A DNA stretch of 64,000 bases from Gemmatimonadota bacterium (lineage in GTDB: Bacteria > Gemmatimonadota > Gemmatimonadetes > Longimicrobiales > Gaopeijiaceae): the NCBI GenBank assembly GCA_036336795.1, contig JAYZFL010000011.1, positions 6,209 to 70,208 of the forward strand, given 5' to 3'. The position numbers and the translations under genes were made by a program. Below are positions 36,318 to 46,428 of the stretch, piece after piece; within the stretch, counting starts at the first letter, position 1; each line of letters opens with the position of its first letter. The notes below the pieces were generated by a model. It did not search any database. It saw only the letters and a list, made by a program, of their open reading frames with translations, and was not told where the DNA came from.

Positions 36318-37292
36318 ATGTTGAGCCTGCGTCTCACAGGAACCCTACTGGTGTCGATATGCGCCGTGGGGTGTACCGTTCCGAGCGATCGCAGTGTGAC
36401 GGAGTGCATCGCGCCGGCCGCTCCAGGGGGTGGTTGGGATCTGACGTGTCGGTCGGTGGGGCGTGTTCTATCGGAGATGGGCCTAGTCAATGGTACTGTC
36501 CAGGTGACCAACATTCCTGGTGCCGGTGGCGGCATCGCATTAGCGCACACGGTGACTCAGCGTGGCCGGGACGCCAACCTTTTGGTGGCCGCCAGCCCGA
36601 GCATCACTCTCGGTTTATCTCAGAAGCGTTTTGGAACCCTTACGGAGCGTTCGGTAAGGTGGGTAGCCGCCATCGGCAGCGAAGCTGGGGCCTTGGTCGT
36701 GAGGTCGGACGCTCCTTGGGAAACACTGACGGATCTGATGGAGCACTGGCAAGACGATCCCGGCGCAATAACCGTCAGTGGAGGGAGCGCTGTCGCAAGC
36801 CAGGACCACATGAAGGTACTGCTTGTAGCGCGTGAGGCGGGGATTCCTCCACGTGCCGTACGGTATATTCCGTTCGACGGAGGAGGTGAGGCGTTGACTG
36901 CGATGTTGGGAGGCTTCGTGGATCTTTTTTCCGGAGAAGTATCGGAGATCACCGGACACCTCGAGGCCGGTGCAGTGCGTGTCATCGCTGTGCTTTCCCC
37001 GGAGCGTTTGGGCGGCGATTTAGGCCACATACCGACAGCACGGGAGTCGGGATACGATGTAGAGTGGGTCACCTGGCGGGGGTTCTACGCTCCTGCGGAG
37101 ACTGCGGACACGACGTACGAGCGTTGGGTGGATACCCTGACGCGCTTGGAGAGCTCACAGGAATGGGCCGCAGTTCGCACGACTAACCGCCTCGAGCCAT
37201 TCTTTATCGCGGGAGAAGACTTCACTCGATTCATAAACAGGCAGGTAGTGGAGTTCCAGAGCATTTCCAGGGAGATCGGACTCATTCCGTGA
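36318..37292 (+). CDS. tctC: tripartite tricarboxylate transporter, substrate-binding protein (Bug/TctC family)
   Basis: Lipoprotein-type signal. PGGGWDLTCR...VTNIPGAGGGIALAH is typical of TctC. It is followed by tctB and tctA. Confidence 0.85.
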   Translation: MLSLRLTGTLLVSICAVGCTVPSDRSVTECIAPAAPGGGWDLTCRSVGRVLSEMGLVNGTVQVTNIPGAGGGIALAHTVTQRGRDANLLVAASPSITLGLSQKRFGTLTERSVRWVAAIGSEAGALVVRSDAPWETLTDLMEHWQDDPGAITVSGGSAVASQDHMKVLLVAREAGIPPRAVRYIPFDGGGEALTAMLGGFVDLFSGEVSEITGHLEAGAVRVIAVLSPERLGGDLGHIPTARESGYDVEWVTWRGFYAPAETADTTYERWVDTLTRLESSQEWAAVRTTNRLEPFFIAGEDFTRFINRQVVEFQSISREIGLIP

Positions 37293-37738
37293 CATCGGTA
37301 GGCGATCGGGTCGCTGGGGTCGTCGCGTGTGTCTTGGCGATAGCGTTGGCCTTGGGGGCAACTAGCTTTAGAGGTGGGTTCTACACGGACCCATTGGGTC
37401 CGGGTGGATTGCCCTGGCTCGCGGCCACATTAATCGGTATTGGGGGTCTCGCGCTCGCCATATCGCCCTGTGATGGACGCACTTGGCCAGACACCATCAT
37501 CACCCAAAGAATGGCCATCGTTTTTGCCTCGCTCGTGTCTTACACGTTCGTGCTTCCTCTATTAGGGTTCTTCCTTTCGACCGTTGCGATCCTGTTGATC
37601 ATGTCGCGTGCCTTCGGCGGGCCATTCCTTCGGAGTGCGATCCTCTCTTTCCTTTACGCTGCTACCCTTTTTCTGGTATTCGCCGGCCTACTCGGCCTGT
37701 CACTTCCGGTTGGCAGCTTCTTCCTGATCTCCCCGTAG
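37289..37738 (+). CDS. tctB: tripartite tricarboxylate transporter small membrane subunit (TctB family)
   Basis: 149 aa with four hydrophobic helices. Overlaps the tctC stop by 4 nt and ends 2 nt before tctA. Confidence 0.7.
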   Translation: MTSVGDRVAGVVACVLAIALALGATSFRGGFYTDPLGPGGLPWLAATLIGIGGLALAISPCDGRTWPDTIITQRMAIVFASLVSYTFVLPLLGFFLSTVAILLIMSRAFGGPFLRSAILSFLYAATLFLVFAGLLGLSLPVGSFFLISP

Positions 37739-37740
37739 CA

Positions 37741-39252
37741 ATGGACACGATGAGTTTTGTCTTGGACGGATTTCTCGTCGTACTTCAGCCGCTTAACCTC
37801 GCTCTGGTTCTGTCCGGCGTCTTCGTCGGTACGGTCGTCGGTATGCTACCCGGGGTGGGACCCATCAATGCTATCGCGCTCCTGCTTCCGATGGTTTTCG
37901 CGTCAGGCTTGGCTGCCGCGTCAGCACTGATCTTGTTGGTCGGCATCTACTACGGCTCTCAGTACGGAAACGCGATCAGCACCATTCTGCTTAACGTTCC
38001 AGGAACGGCGTCGGCGGTGGTCACAGCCCTCGATGGATATGAGATGACTAAAAAGGGCCGTGCGGGCCCGGCCCTGGCGATATCTGCGATTGCGTCCTTC
38101 GTCGGAGGAACTCTTTCCATCTTCGGTCTGGTGCTGTTCGCACCTCTGTTGGCGAAGTGGGCGATTCGTTTTGGCCCTGCGGAATATTTTGCACTCATGC
38201 TTTTCACTTTTGCGGCCTTGGCCGGAGTGACAGATCGAAGTCGGTCCAAGGTGTTTATTGCTATCGGAATCGGACTCTTTCTTGCTGCCGTAGGTATCGA
38301 CCCCAATTCTGCGGTCCCCCGCTTCACCTTCGGACAGCTCGAGCTACTAGACGGGATGGATTTCGTGGTGGTGACAATCGGACTCTTCGCCGTCAGTGAA
38401 GTTTTCCTTGAGCTGGAAAAGAGTGAGGCTAGCCAAGCCATTGCAGCTACCTTGGATTCGGTCAGGGTCACGGCCAAGGAGGTCTTCGACATTGGCTGGA
38501 CGATGATCCGTGCAAGCGTTGTGGGTTTCCTTGTCGGAGTGCTTCCGGGCGCTGGAGGTACGATCGCTAGCTTTCTGGCGTACTCCACCGAGAAGCGTCT
38601 GGCTGACAGGGACAACACGTTTGGAACTGGTGCGATTCGCGGCGTGGCTGCTCCCGAAGCTGCGAACAACGCTGCTGCCACCGGTGCCATGATCCCTCTT
38701 CTCACCCTGGGTGTGCCCGGTAGTGCGACGACGGCCGTTCTCCTCGGGGCCCTGGTCTCACTGGGAGTGACACCCGGTCCGTTGCTCATCCAGAACAGTC
38801 CCGAGGTGTTCTGGGGGCTGGCGGCATCCATGTACGTGGGCAATGTGTTCCTCCTGTTGCTGAATTTGCCCTTGGTCAGATTCTTCGTCCGCATTCTGGA
38901 GGTTCCGCGCTGGTTCTTATTCCCGGCCGTCACGGCACTTAGCTTGGTCGCGGTCTACGCTGTGAACCAAAGTGCGTTTGATCTTCTCTTGATGACGATC
39001 TTCGGAGTGATCGGATACGGACTTCGCAAAATGGCCATACCGTTGGCACCCGTCATTCTGGGATTGGTTCTCGGACCACTGATGGAGAGGAATGTCCGGC
39101 GTGCGCTCCTGCTGAGTGACGGCGAGTGGAGCGTACTGTTCTCGAGTCCGATCTCGGTTACCTTTTGGGCGCTCACCTTCGCGAGCTTAATGGCTCCAAC
39201 ACTCGTGTGGTGGATTCAACGACGACAGAAGGGCAGCGAACCGATCAAGTAG
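37741..39252 (+). CDS. tctA: tripartite tricarboxylate transporter large permease (TctA family)
   Basis: Start at ATG 37741 (MDTMSFVLDGF...GMLPGVGP). The GAIRGVAAPEAANNAA motif is typical of TctA. The track's longer ORF (from 37483) overlaps tctB and is an over-extension. Confidence 0.9.
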   Translation: MDTMSFVLDGFLVVLQPLNLALVLSGVFVGTVVGMLPGVGPINAIALLLPMVFASGLAAASALILLVGIYYGSQYGNAISTILLNVPGTASAVVTALDGYEMTKKGRAGPALAISAIASFVGGTLSIFGLVLFAPLLAKWAIRFGPAEYFALMLFTFAALAGVTDRSRSKVFIAIGIGLFLAAVGIDPNSAVPRFTFGQLELLDGMDFVVVTIGLFAVSEVFLELEKSEASQAIAATLDSVRVTAKEVFDIGWTMIRASVVGFLVGVLPGAGGTIASFLAYSTEKRLADRDNTFGTGAIRGVAAPEAANNAAATGAMIPLLTLGVPGSATTAVLLGALVSLGVTPGPLLIQNSPEVFWGLAASMYVGNVFLLLLNLPLVRFFVRILEVPRWFLFPAVTALSLVAVYAVNQSAFDLLLMTIFGVIGYGLRKMAIPLAPVILGLVLGPLMERNVRRALLLSDGEWSVLFSSPISVTFWALTFASLMAPTLVWWIQRRQKGSEPIK

Positions 39253-39296
39253 GCAATCCGACTACGAGTGTGGTTGATGTTAGCAGGCGTATATCC

Positions 39297-40883
39297 CTAG
39301 CGCCGGCTAGTTAGCCTAGGTGTAGTGGGTGGTGGACGGCGGTGATGTGTCGCCTGTTCGTACGCGTAACCGAAGCCGAAAAGCATTTCCTCGGTGAAAG
39401 GTCTACCAAGGAACTCAAGCCCCACAGGGAGTTGGTCGGTCGTAAACCCGGCCGGTACCGTCAGTGCAGGGAACCCAGTCGCAGGGCTTAAGCCCCGATT
39501 GTCGCCTCGCCCGTACTCGTCTGCCGGGGATGGATTTGTTTCAACATCGGGCTTGATCAGTGTGGGTTGGTGATCGAATGTCGCGTAAACGATCGCGTCG
39601 AGTGCCTGGTCTGCCATGACCTTCAAAACGTTCCGTCGGAGTGTCTGCCTTTTCCGGATGACTTCCAGATAACCTGGATCGTTTGTGGTCTTTCCGACTG
39701 ACTCCATCATGCTCCGTGCGCGCCAGGGGATTACGACGCCCGACAACAGAATCTCTTTGAGTGTGGTAACTGGTGCGTTCGAAAGCTTCGACAGATAGTC
39801 ATCCATGGCGCGTTCAGTCTCGAAGTTGTTTCCAATGGTTTGTAGGGTTTTGAGTTCTGGAACAACCAAGGGGTCGACGACCAGCGCACCGAGGGAGACC
39901 AGGTCACGAATGGCCCGGTCGATCTGGATTTTCACCTTTTGGTAGTCATCGGACGAAGTGTCTGTACTCGCGTCCATTGGTTCGCGCACGACACCGATAC
40001 GAGCCCCACGCAGTCGATCAAGATTGAGTGAAGCCGTATACGTCTCGGGGATTCGTCCTTCTGCATAGGCGGTGATTGGGTCTTCAGGATCGTAGCCGGT
40101 GATCACGTCCAAGAGGATTGCCGCGTCCCTAACAGTTCGTGTGATCGGTCCCATCGTGTCCTGGGTTGGATTCGCCGGCATCATCCCATGTCGACTCACT
40201 AGCTGGAGCGTCGGTCGCAGCCCAACGAGGTTCAGCACAGCGGCTGGGCCACGCACGGAGCCTCCCGTGTCCTCACCGATGCCGACCATGCCGAAGTTCG
40301 CAGCAATGCCCGTAGCGGTTCCGCCTGATGAGCCGCTTGGATTCCGGTCGGGATCGTATGCGTTCCGGATTACACCGAACGCGGAACCTACATAGCGAGA
40401 CGCGAACTCCCCCATTGTCGTCTTAGCGAGGATGATCGCCCCTGCGTTCTTCATCCGGGCGGTAATGGTGGCATCTTGATCGGGGAGAAAGTCCTGGAAG
40501 AGTGCTGACCCGTATGTGGTCGGCATGTCCGCAGTCTCCACTTGATCTTTTAGGAGCACAGGGATGCAGTGCAGAGGACCTGAGATTCCGGCAGATTTCA
40601 TGGACACGTCTAACGCGTCAGCTTCTTCGAGAGCTCGCTCGTTGAGGTGTTGAACCGCGTTGAGATACGGATCCCTTTGGTCAAAGGCTTCGATGCGGTT
40701 GATATACCCCTGCACCAATGATCGACAAGTGAGGTGCCCATTCTCCAACGCTGAATGAACATCCTCGATAGTGGCTTCTAGAAGCTCGAAGCTTTGCCCT
40801 CCGAGCGAGGTCGGGCTGACGACAATGAGGGCAACCGCAATTAGCCGCAGGCAAAGAACTCCCGACGAATGCTCCGTTCGCAT
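39297..40883 (-). CDS. secreted amidase-signature hydrolase
   Basis: Start at ATG 40883, giving the signal MRTEHSSGVLCLRLIAVALIVVSPTSLGG. AS motifs LKDQ, NPSGSSGGTATGIAA and GEDTGGSVRGPA are present. Confidence 0.85.
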   Translation of the reverse strand: MRTEHSSGVLCLRLIAVALIVVSPTSLGGQSFELLEATIEDVHSALENGHLTCRSLVQGYINRIEAFDQRDPYLNAVQHLNERALEEADALDVSMKSAGISGPLHCIPVLLKDQVETADMPTTYGSALFQDFLPDQDATITARMKNAGAIILAKTTMGEFASRYVGSAFGVIRNAYDPDRNPSGSSGGTATGIAANFGMVGIGEDTGGSVRGPAAVLNLVGLRPTLQLVSRHGMMPANPTQDTMGPITRTVRDAAILLDVITGYDPEDPITAYAEGRIPETYTASLNLDRLRGARIGVVREPMDASTDTSSDDYQKVKIQIDRAIRDLVSLGALVVDPLVVPELKTLQTIGNNFETERAMDDYLSKLSNAPVTTLKEILLSGVVIPWRARSMMESVGKTTNDPGYLEVIRKRQTLRRNVLKVMADQALDAIVYATFDHQPTLIKPDVETNPSPADEYGRGDNRGLSPATGFPALTVPAGFTTDQLPVGLEFLGRPFTEEMLFGFGYAYEQATHHRRPPPTTPRLTSRR

Positions 40884-41133
40884 AGATACCTCACTTACGA
40901 TCAAGTTTGGCCAATCGAATACTGGCCTGCGCAGATTACGCAAAGGGACTTTAATCCGCCATCGGTCGGTGCTTTCCGGGTGGAGACATCTGACCCCTGG
41001 GCGTATGAGTAGCTCCTCACTATTGTATTGCCTCGCTGTAACCGCTTGCGCGACGCGGGTTTTCAACGCCTGATAGCTACCGTTCAGTCTCGTCCTGCTA
41101 GGGAACCATAAAGAGGCTGCTACTGAGGAAATT

Positions 41134-41550
41134 ATGCCCCGAGTTCAAATTACGAGAGAGTTACACTTTAGCGCCGCTCACCGCGTCTTCAAGCCGGAGT
41201 GGTCCGACGAGCGGAACCTTGAGGTGTTCGGTGCATGCGCCAATCCGAATTGGCACGGTCACGACTACGTGCTCTATGTAACGGTGGAAGGTGAACTGGA
41301 CAGGGAAAGCGGATTCGTGATCGATTTTAAGGATTTGAAATCCCTCGTAGAATCTCGAGTGGTCGATGATCTAGATCACCGTAACGTCAACCTAGATGTG
41401 ACGTGGATGGAGGGGGTCATCACTTCAGCCGAGAACATTGTCGTCGCAATCTGGGGCCGACTTGTGGACCGTTTGCCAGATGGAGTGACACTGAGGAAGC
41501 TCACGCTTTGGGAGACACCGAGGCATTACGTCGAGTATTCCGGTGAGTAG
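41134..41550 (+). CDS. 6-pyruvoyl-tetrahydropterin synthase (PTPS-I type; QueD superfamily)
   Basis: FSAAHR...[35 protein letters not shown]...[10 protein letters not shown]...[11 protein letters not shown]. The CxNPNxHGH motif and overall pattern are closer to animal PTPS than to E. coli-type QueD, as far as I recall. Confidence 0.8.
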   Translation: MPRVQITRELHFSAAHRVFKPEWSDERNLEVFGACANPNWHGHDYVLYVTVEGELDRESGFVIDFKDLKSLVESRVVDDLDHRNVNLDVTWMEGVITSAENIVVAIWGRLVDRLPDGVTLRKLTLWETPRHYVEYSGE

Positions 41551-42133
41551 CGGTCTTTCGGGAGCTACGTTTGAAGAACTTGTCGCGGAGATGATCCGTC
41601 GACTAGGTGATGACCCCGGTCGTGAGGGCCTGAAACAGACACCGGAGAGAGTGGCAGAATCCATGGCATTTCTCACTCGTGGTTACGAAATGAAGCCCGA
41701 GGACCAGGTCAACGGAGCGATTTTTGAAGAAACGCATCGCAATATGGTGTTAGTCAAAGACATCGAGATGTATTCACTGTGCGAGCACCATCTCCTTCCT
41801 TTTTTCGGGAAGGTACACGTCGCCTATATCCCGGACGGAAGCATTATCGGTCTGTCCAAGATGGCCCGTCTCGTCGAGACTTACGCGCGTCGATTCCAAG
41901 TGCAGGAACGTTTGACCGATCAGGTCGCCCAGGCACTCTGGGATCTTGTGGCGCCCGAAGGCGTCGGAGTGGTCGTCGAGGCGCATCATCTCTGCATGAT
42001 GATGCGCGGTGTGCAAAAGCAGAACTCGAAGACTATCACGTCGGCAATGCGCGGATCATTTTTGGACGATCAGATGACTCGTAACGAATTCCTACGTCTT
42101 TGTATTACGGACCATACCCCTATCTCCCAGTGA
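41543..42133 (+). CDS. folE: GTP cyclohydrolase I (type 1)
   Basis: Motifs [22 protein letters not shown] and HLCMMMRGV. The GTG start overlaps the PTPS gene by 8 nt. Confidence 0.9.
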   Translation: MSSGLSGATFEELVAEMIRRLGDDPGREGLKQTPERVAESMAFLTRGYEMKPEDQVNGAIFEETHRNMVLVKDIEMYSLCEHHLLPFFGKVHVAYIPDGSIIGLSKMARLVETYARRFQVQERLTDQVAQALWDLVAPEGVGVVVEAHHLCMMMRGVQKQNSKTITSAMRGSFLDDQMTRNEFLRLCITDHTPISQ

Positions 42134-42876
42134 GCGAATCGACGAGTTCAGGGGAAGCGCTCCCGCACCCGGTGTTGCACGGAGCGTCGGCTCTGGTAGT
42201 TGGGGCCAGTCGAGGTATCGGGGAAGCTGTTGCTCGGTCACTGGCGGCTGCGGGTGCGAGAGTCTACGTGGCGGCGCGGTCAATCGATATTCTCCGGGGT
42301 ATTGCAGAGGATATTGGCGGCAAAGCTCTATCGATGGATCTCCTGAACCCATCGTCGGTCAGCACTGCCCTGGACCAACTGACAGACGATCTCGCTTCCG
42401 CACCGGACATCGTAGTCAACGCAGCGGGGATCTTTCAGATAGCTTCGGTTACAGATACCCCCCTAAAGGTGTTCGAGGAGGCGTGGGCCACTAATCTCCG
42501 AGGTCCGTTCATGGTCCTTAGGACCCTTTTGCCCTCCATGATCGCCAGGGGCTCCGGCACCGTGGTAACTGTTGGGTCAGTGGCGGACAGTAAGCCCTTT
42601 CCGGGGAACGCTGCTTATTCATCCGCGAAGTATGGTCTACGGGGCTTTCACGAGGTGATGGTCGAAGAACTGCGTGGCTCGGGTGTTCGGTCATGTCTCA
42701 TCGCTCCTGCGGCCACCGACACGGCGCTTTGGGATCCGATCGACCCGGATGCCAACCCGAAGCTACCGGACCGTGCACAGATGTTGCGCCCAGTGGATAT
42801 CGCTAAAGCCGTGGTTTTCGTTTGCAGCCTACCCACAGATGTTCAGGTGCCGGTCCTGGCTATTGAACGGTGTTAA
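42130..42876 (+). CDS. short-chain dehydrogenase/reductase, sepiapterin reductase-like by context
   Basis: GTG 42130 overlaps the folE stop (GTGA). [13 protein letters not shown] (the GASRGxG form found in sepiapterin reductases) and YSSAKYG catalytic motif. Confidence 0.65.
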   Translation: MSESTSSGEALPHPVLHGASALVVGASRGIGEAVARSLAAAGARVYVAARSIDILRGIAEDIGGKALSMDLLNPSSVSTALDQLTDDLASAPDIVVNAAGIFQIASVTDTPLKVFEEAWATNLRGPFMVLRTLLPSMIARGSGTVVTVGSVADSKPFPGNAAYSSAKYGLRGFHEVMVEELRGSGVRSCLIAPAATDTALWDPIDPDANPKLPDRAQMLRPVDIAKAVVFVCSLPTDVQVPVLAIERC

Positions 42877-42891
42877 GATTTACACTTTCAC

Positions 42892-43515
42892 ATGCATATT
42901 CTTTTGACGGACCGCCTGACGTGCCCCCGCTGCGGCCCAGATTTCGGGCTCATTCTCCTCTCCGATCGAATGACAAAAAGGAGAGTTCTCGAAGGATCGC
43001 TCGGCTGTCCAAACTGTCGAGACCGGTTTCCGATTCGTGCTGGCTTCGGAGACCTCCGTCCACCCCCAAGAGGTGAGCTCGCCGACTCAAGGAGCCTTGA
43101 GCCGCACAGTTCACCCAGCCCGGTCGAGATTGCGGCACTTCTTGGGGTTACCGAGGGACCTGGCCAACTTGCTCTACTTAATCAAATGGCTGGTCACGCA
43201 GAGGCGCTTGCTGGGTTAGTACCAAGTGTTGAGGTTGTGGCCATCGCCCCGGAACTCCAGGGTGCGAGGGAAACGGACGGAGTGAGTCGTCTCATGACTG
43301 GTTCCCGGTTACCCTTCCGTACGCAAGCTCTGCGGGGTGTGGCTCTCTTCGGCACCGAAGAGCCAGAACGAGCGGTGGAGGTCGCAAGGGTTGTGGCACG
43401 CTTCGGCCGGATAGTCGTCTGGGGTGACAGAGAGAGATGGGGCAAGGCCCTGGAGATGGAGGGACTGGAAGTCCTAGTCTCCGAAGAGGAGGCCGTGGTG
43501 GCTACTCGGACTTAA
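42892..43515 (+). CDS. hypothetical protein with N-terminal Trm112-like CPxCG zinc ribbon
   Basis: LTCPRCG....LGCPNCRDRFPI forms a four-Cys ribbon. The C-terminal region is vaguely methyltransferase-like but has no clear GxGxG. Confidence 0.5.
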   Translation: MHILLTDRLTCPRCGPDFGLILLSDRMTKRRVLEGSLGCPNCRDRFPIRAGFGDLRPPPRGELADSRSLEPHSSPSPVEIAALLGVTEGPGQLALLNQMAGHAEALAGLVPSVEVVAIAPELQGARETDGVSRLMTGSRLPFRTQALRGVALFGTEEPERAVEVARVVARFGRIVVWGDRERWGKALEMEGLEVLVSEEEAVVATRT

Positions 43516-43633
43516 CGGCGTCGTTGCGTTGGGTTTACGCCTCCTCTACTTTCGTCATGGGTGTTGACTGAGTGCTTCGGGACGGTTCTTGAGTTCGTTA
43601 CGCCGCACAATCCTTGCGACCGAGCTTCCCTGA

Positions 43634-44113
43634 ATGGCCTGGTGGACAAAGCTTTTTGGCGGATCGGCAGGTGTTAGACGTGTCGCCTACTACGACGAAG
43701 GCCTCGAGCTGTTGGGAGAGAGCAAGTTCCATGAGGCGCTCACGTCGTTTCGCTTGGCGCTCAAAGAGTCCCCCGGCGACACAGTGGTTCTTCAACAGAT
43801 CGCGATCGCGTACACGCGCATCGGCATGACCGAAGAGGCTGTAAAAACATATCGGCACGTTCTTCAAAAGACTCCCGAAGCAGCTGGTGCACACTATGGA
43901 TTGGCGTTCCTGCTCGTCCGAAGTGGCCAAGAACCGGCCGCAATCCCCCACCTCCGGGCCTTCTTAGAAAACGCACCTGTAGGACAGGAGGCCGGTGACC
44001 ACGTATCACACGCGCGTGATATGTTGGCGAAGCTCACTGGAGAGGGAGGTGGTGAAGGAGGTGCTGCCCCGGTATCCGATGGACCTCGACATACACAGGA
44101 TGACCTCTTTTAA
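43634..44113 (+). CDS. tetratricopeptide-repeat protein
   Basis: Repeated A/L/Y helical-pair pattern (YYDEGLELLGESKFHEALTSFRLAL, AIAYTRIGMTEEAVKTYRHVL, HYGLAFLLVRSGQEPAAIPHLRAFL). Confidence 0.6.
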   Translation: MAWWTKLFGGSAGVRRVAYYDEGLELLGESKFHEALTSFRLALKESPGDTVVLQQIAIAYTRIGMTEEAVKTYRHVLQKTPEAAGAHYGLAFLLVRSGQEPAAIPHLRAFLENAPVGQEAGDHVSHARDMLAKLTGEGGGEGGAAPVSDGPRHTQDDLF

Positions 44114-44513
44114 GGACGCGACCCTGAAGTGGACCGGAGAAGGTAAGACCTTCATTGGCCATGCTGGCTCTGGACCTGAGGTGACCATCGACGGTGACGG
44201 AAAGACCGGGGCGTCATCGACAGATTCCGTGCTCATGGGGCTCATGGGTTGCATGAGTATCGATGTCCTCATGGTTCTCCAGAAGTCACGTGTGAAGGTG
44301 ACCTCGCTCATCGTAAAAGCGGAAGCCGAGCGGGCGCCCAAGCCCCCCCAGTATTTTACTCGGGTTCGCCTCACATTCGTCCTGGACGGTCCCGACTCGG
44401 ATGCGCGCCCCAAGATCGATCGGGCAATTCAACTCTCTAGAGAGAAGTATTGTAGTGTCCTACACTCTCTTCGAGGAGATCTCGAACTGGAAACCTCGGT
44501 GGAGGGTGTGTGA
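44079..44513 (+). CDS. OsmC-family protein (Cys form)
   Basis: Has LMGLMGCMSIDVL (first conserved Cys) and REKYCSVLHSL (second conserved Cys). Start uncertain (ATG 44079 or 44100). Overlaps the end of the TPR gene. Confidence 0.75.
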   Translation: MDLDIHRMTSFKDATLKWTGEGKTFIGHAGSGPEVTIDGDGKTGASSTDSVLMGLMGCMSIDVLMVLQKSRVKVTSLIVKAEAERAPKPPQYFTRVRLTFVLDGPDSDARPKIDRAIQLSREKYCSVLHSLRGDLELETSVEGV

Positions 44514-44583
44514 AGAATATTTAGAGTTAGACATCACCGCCGGGCGACTTAGTGAACTAACATAAGAAAGCGGAACGAGCCGC

Positions 44584-46428
44584 ATGGATCGAATCTCCAA
44601 TCCCGCAGATCTTCCTGAGAGTACTCTTACCGATCTATTCTTGGGTGCGATTGATCGTCACGGTGACCACCTGGCGTACCGCTACTTCGCTGATTCAGGG
44701 GATGACCTCACCGATCTGGGTTTCCGTGATATCTATCAATTCGTGAGGGCTGCCACGGCGGGACTCACTGCCCTCGGACTGTCCCGTGGGGACAAGGTGG
44801 CGATCCTCTCGGAAAACCGATGGGAGTGGGCCGTATCCGACTTCGCTTGCCTTTGCTCCGGTGTGCTTGACGTCCCCATCTACAGTACGCTGACTGTATC
44901 CCAGACTGCGTATATCGTCGACAACTCCCAGGCTCGGCTGCTGTTCGTCTCCACGAGCGAGCAGGTAAAGAAGGCTAAAGCCGTCAGGCGCCAGCTTGGT
45001 GCAGACATCAAGATCGTGGCTTACGACAGATTGGAGTTTCCTTCGGAAGGGGTCATCTCGTGGGAGGAGTTCCTGGCCCCGGGCTGGGTAATCACAGAGA
45101 CTGACGAAGAGCACTTCAGAGTCACGGCCGGTCAAGCTCGTCCCGATGATGTCGCCACTATTCTCTACACGTCTGGGACGACTGGCGATCCGAAAGGTGT
45201 AATGCTCACTCACAACAATCTTGCGAGCAATGTGACGGCGGTTCGGCGTGTGATTCCGTCGATGGAAGACGACATTTCTCTCGTTTTCCTGCCCCTGTCC
45301 CACGTGCTTCAGCGGATGGTCTCCTACCTACACTTCGCGGAAGGTACAACCCAGGATTTTGCACATTCGATGGACACTGTCGCGCACGACCTCACAGTCG
45401 TGAGACCCAGTGTCGTTACATCGGTGCCACGCCTCTATGAGAAAGTGTACAACAGGGTAATGGGGGCAGAGGGGCTCAAGAAGAAGCTTGTACAGTGGTC
45501 CCGAAAAGTGGGTGACGAATGGGCGGAGGAGACGTTGGCGGGACATTCGCTCAGCGTTGTGCTGAGGTTAAAATACGGCATCGCAGATTTGCTGGTGTTC
45601 AGAAAAATTCGTAAGGCTGTCGGTGGGCGCATCCGATATTTCGTGAGCGGAGGTGCCCCCCTTGCTCCGGATATCAACCTCTTCTTCTTCTCCGCCGGAG
45701 TCTGGATTTTCGAAGGTTACGGCCTCACGGAAACCAGCCCGGTGACTAATTGCAACACCTTCGAAGATTTCAAGATCGGGACCGTGGGGAAGCCCATCCC
45801 GGGCACGGAGATCGGTATCGGGGAAAACGGAGAAATTCTAGTTCGAGGGCCCCAGGTCATGAAGGGGTACTACAACCTTCATGAACAGACTGCGAAGGTG
45901 TTGGATCCGGGGGGCTGGTTCCACACTGGGGATGTGGGAGAGATCGATGAGGACGGGTTTCTCACGATAACGGATCGAATCAAGGACATCATCGTCACTG
46001 CCGGGGGGAAGAATGTGGCTCCCCAACCTATCGAGAATCTCCTGAAGACCAATAACTACATTGAGCAGGCGGTGATGATCGGGGATCGCAGACCTTTTTG
46101 CGTCCTGCTAGTGGTCCCGAGTTTTACGAATATTGAGTCATGGGCCCGCAAGGTCGGACTCGACGTGACTGATCGGACGGCGCTCCTGGGTCAAAGAGAA
46201 GTACAAGATTTGATGGAGGGACAGATTCTCGATCAACTGGAGGAGTTGGCCCGTTATGAGACCCCGAAAAAAATCGGCCTTCTAGAATCTCCTTTCACGA
46301 TCGAAAACGGTGCGCTCACACCGACTCAAAAGGTGAAAAGAAGTACCGTTGAGAGTCAGTACAGGAAGATTATCGATGCCTTCTATCTCAGGGAAAACAT
46401 GGATCAGACGGTCTTCGTCGAGCCATGA
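44584..46428 (+). CDS. long-chain fatty acid-CoA ligase (AMP-forming)
   Basis: AMP-binding signature ILYTSGTTGDPKGVML, plus GYGLTETS, TGDVGEIDEDGFLTITDRIKD and the C-terminal TPTQKVKR. Confidence 0.9.
   Translation: MDRISNPADLPESTLTDLFLGAIDRHGDHLAYRYFADSGDDLTDLGFRDIYQFVRAATAGLTALGLSRGDKVAILSENRWEWAVSDFACLCSGVLDVPIYSTLTVSQTAYIVDNSQARLLFVSTSEQVKKAKAVRRQLGADIKIVAYDRLEFPSEGVISWEEFLAPGWVITETDEEHFRVTAGQARPDDVATILYTSGTTGDPKGVMLTHNNLASNVTAVRRVIPSMEDDISLVFLPLSHVLQRMVSYLHFAEGTTQDFAHSMDTVAHDLTVVRPSVVTSVPRLYEKVYNRVMGAEGLKKKLVQWSRKVGDEWAEETLAGHSLSVVLRLKYGIADLLVFRKIRKAVGGRIRYFVSGGAPLAPDINLFFFSAGVWIFEGYGLTETSPVTNCNTFEDFKIGTVGKPIPGTEIGIGENGEILVRGPQVMKGYYNLHEQTAKVLDPGGWFHTGDVGEIDEDGFLTITDRIKDIIVTAGGKNVAPQPIENLLKTNNYIEQAVMIGDRRPFCVLLVVPSFTNIESWARKVGLDVTDRTALLGQREVQDLMEGQILDQLEELARYETPKKIGLLESPFTIENGALTPTQKVKRSTVESQYRKIIDAFYLRENMDQTVFVEP

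Noticed and set aside
37959-38933. A 324-aa ORF antisense to tctA. Similar long antisense ORFs occur at 33314..34045, 8205..8918, 10303..10986, 44695..45303, 14034..14639, 49826..50392 and 61326..61862.
   Set aside because: Each lies entirely inside, and opposite, a gene with strong family motifs. Their translations are Arg/Pro/Ser/Ala-rich, as expected for shadow ORFs in GC-rich DNA.
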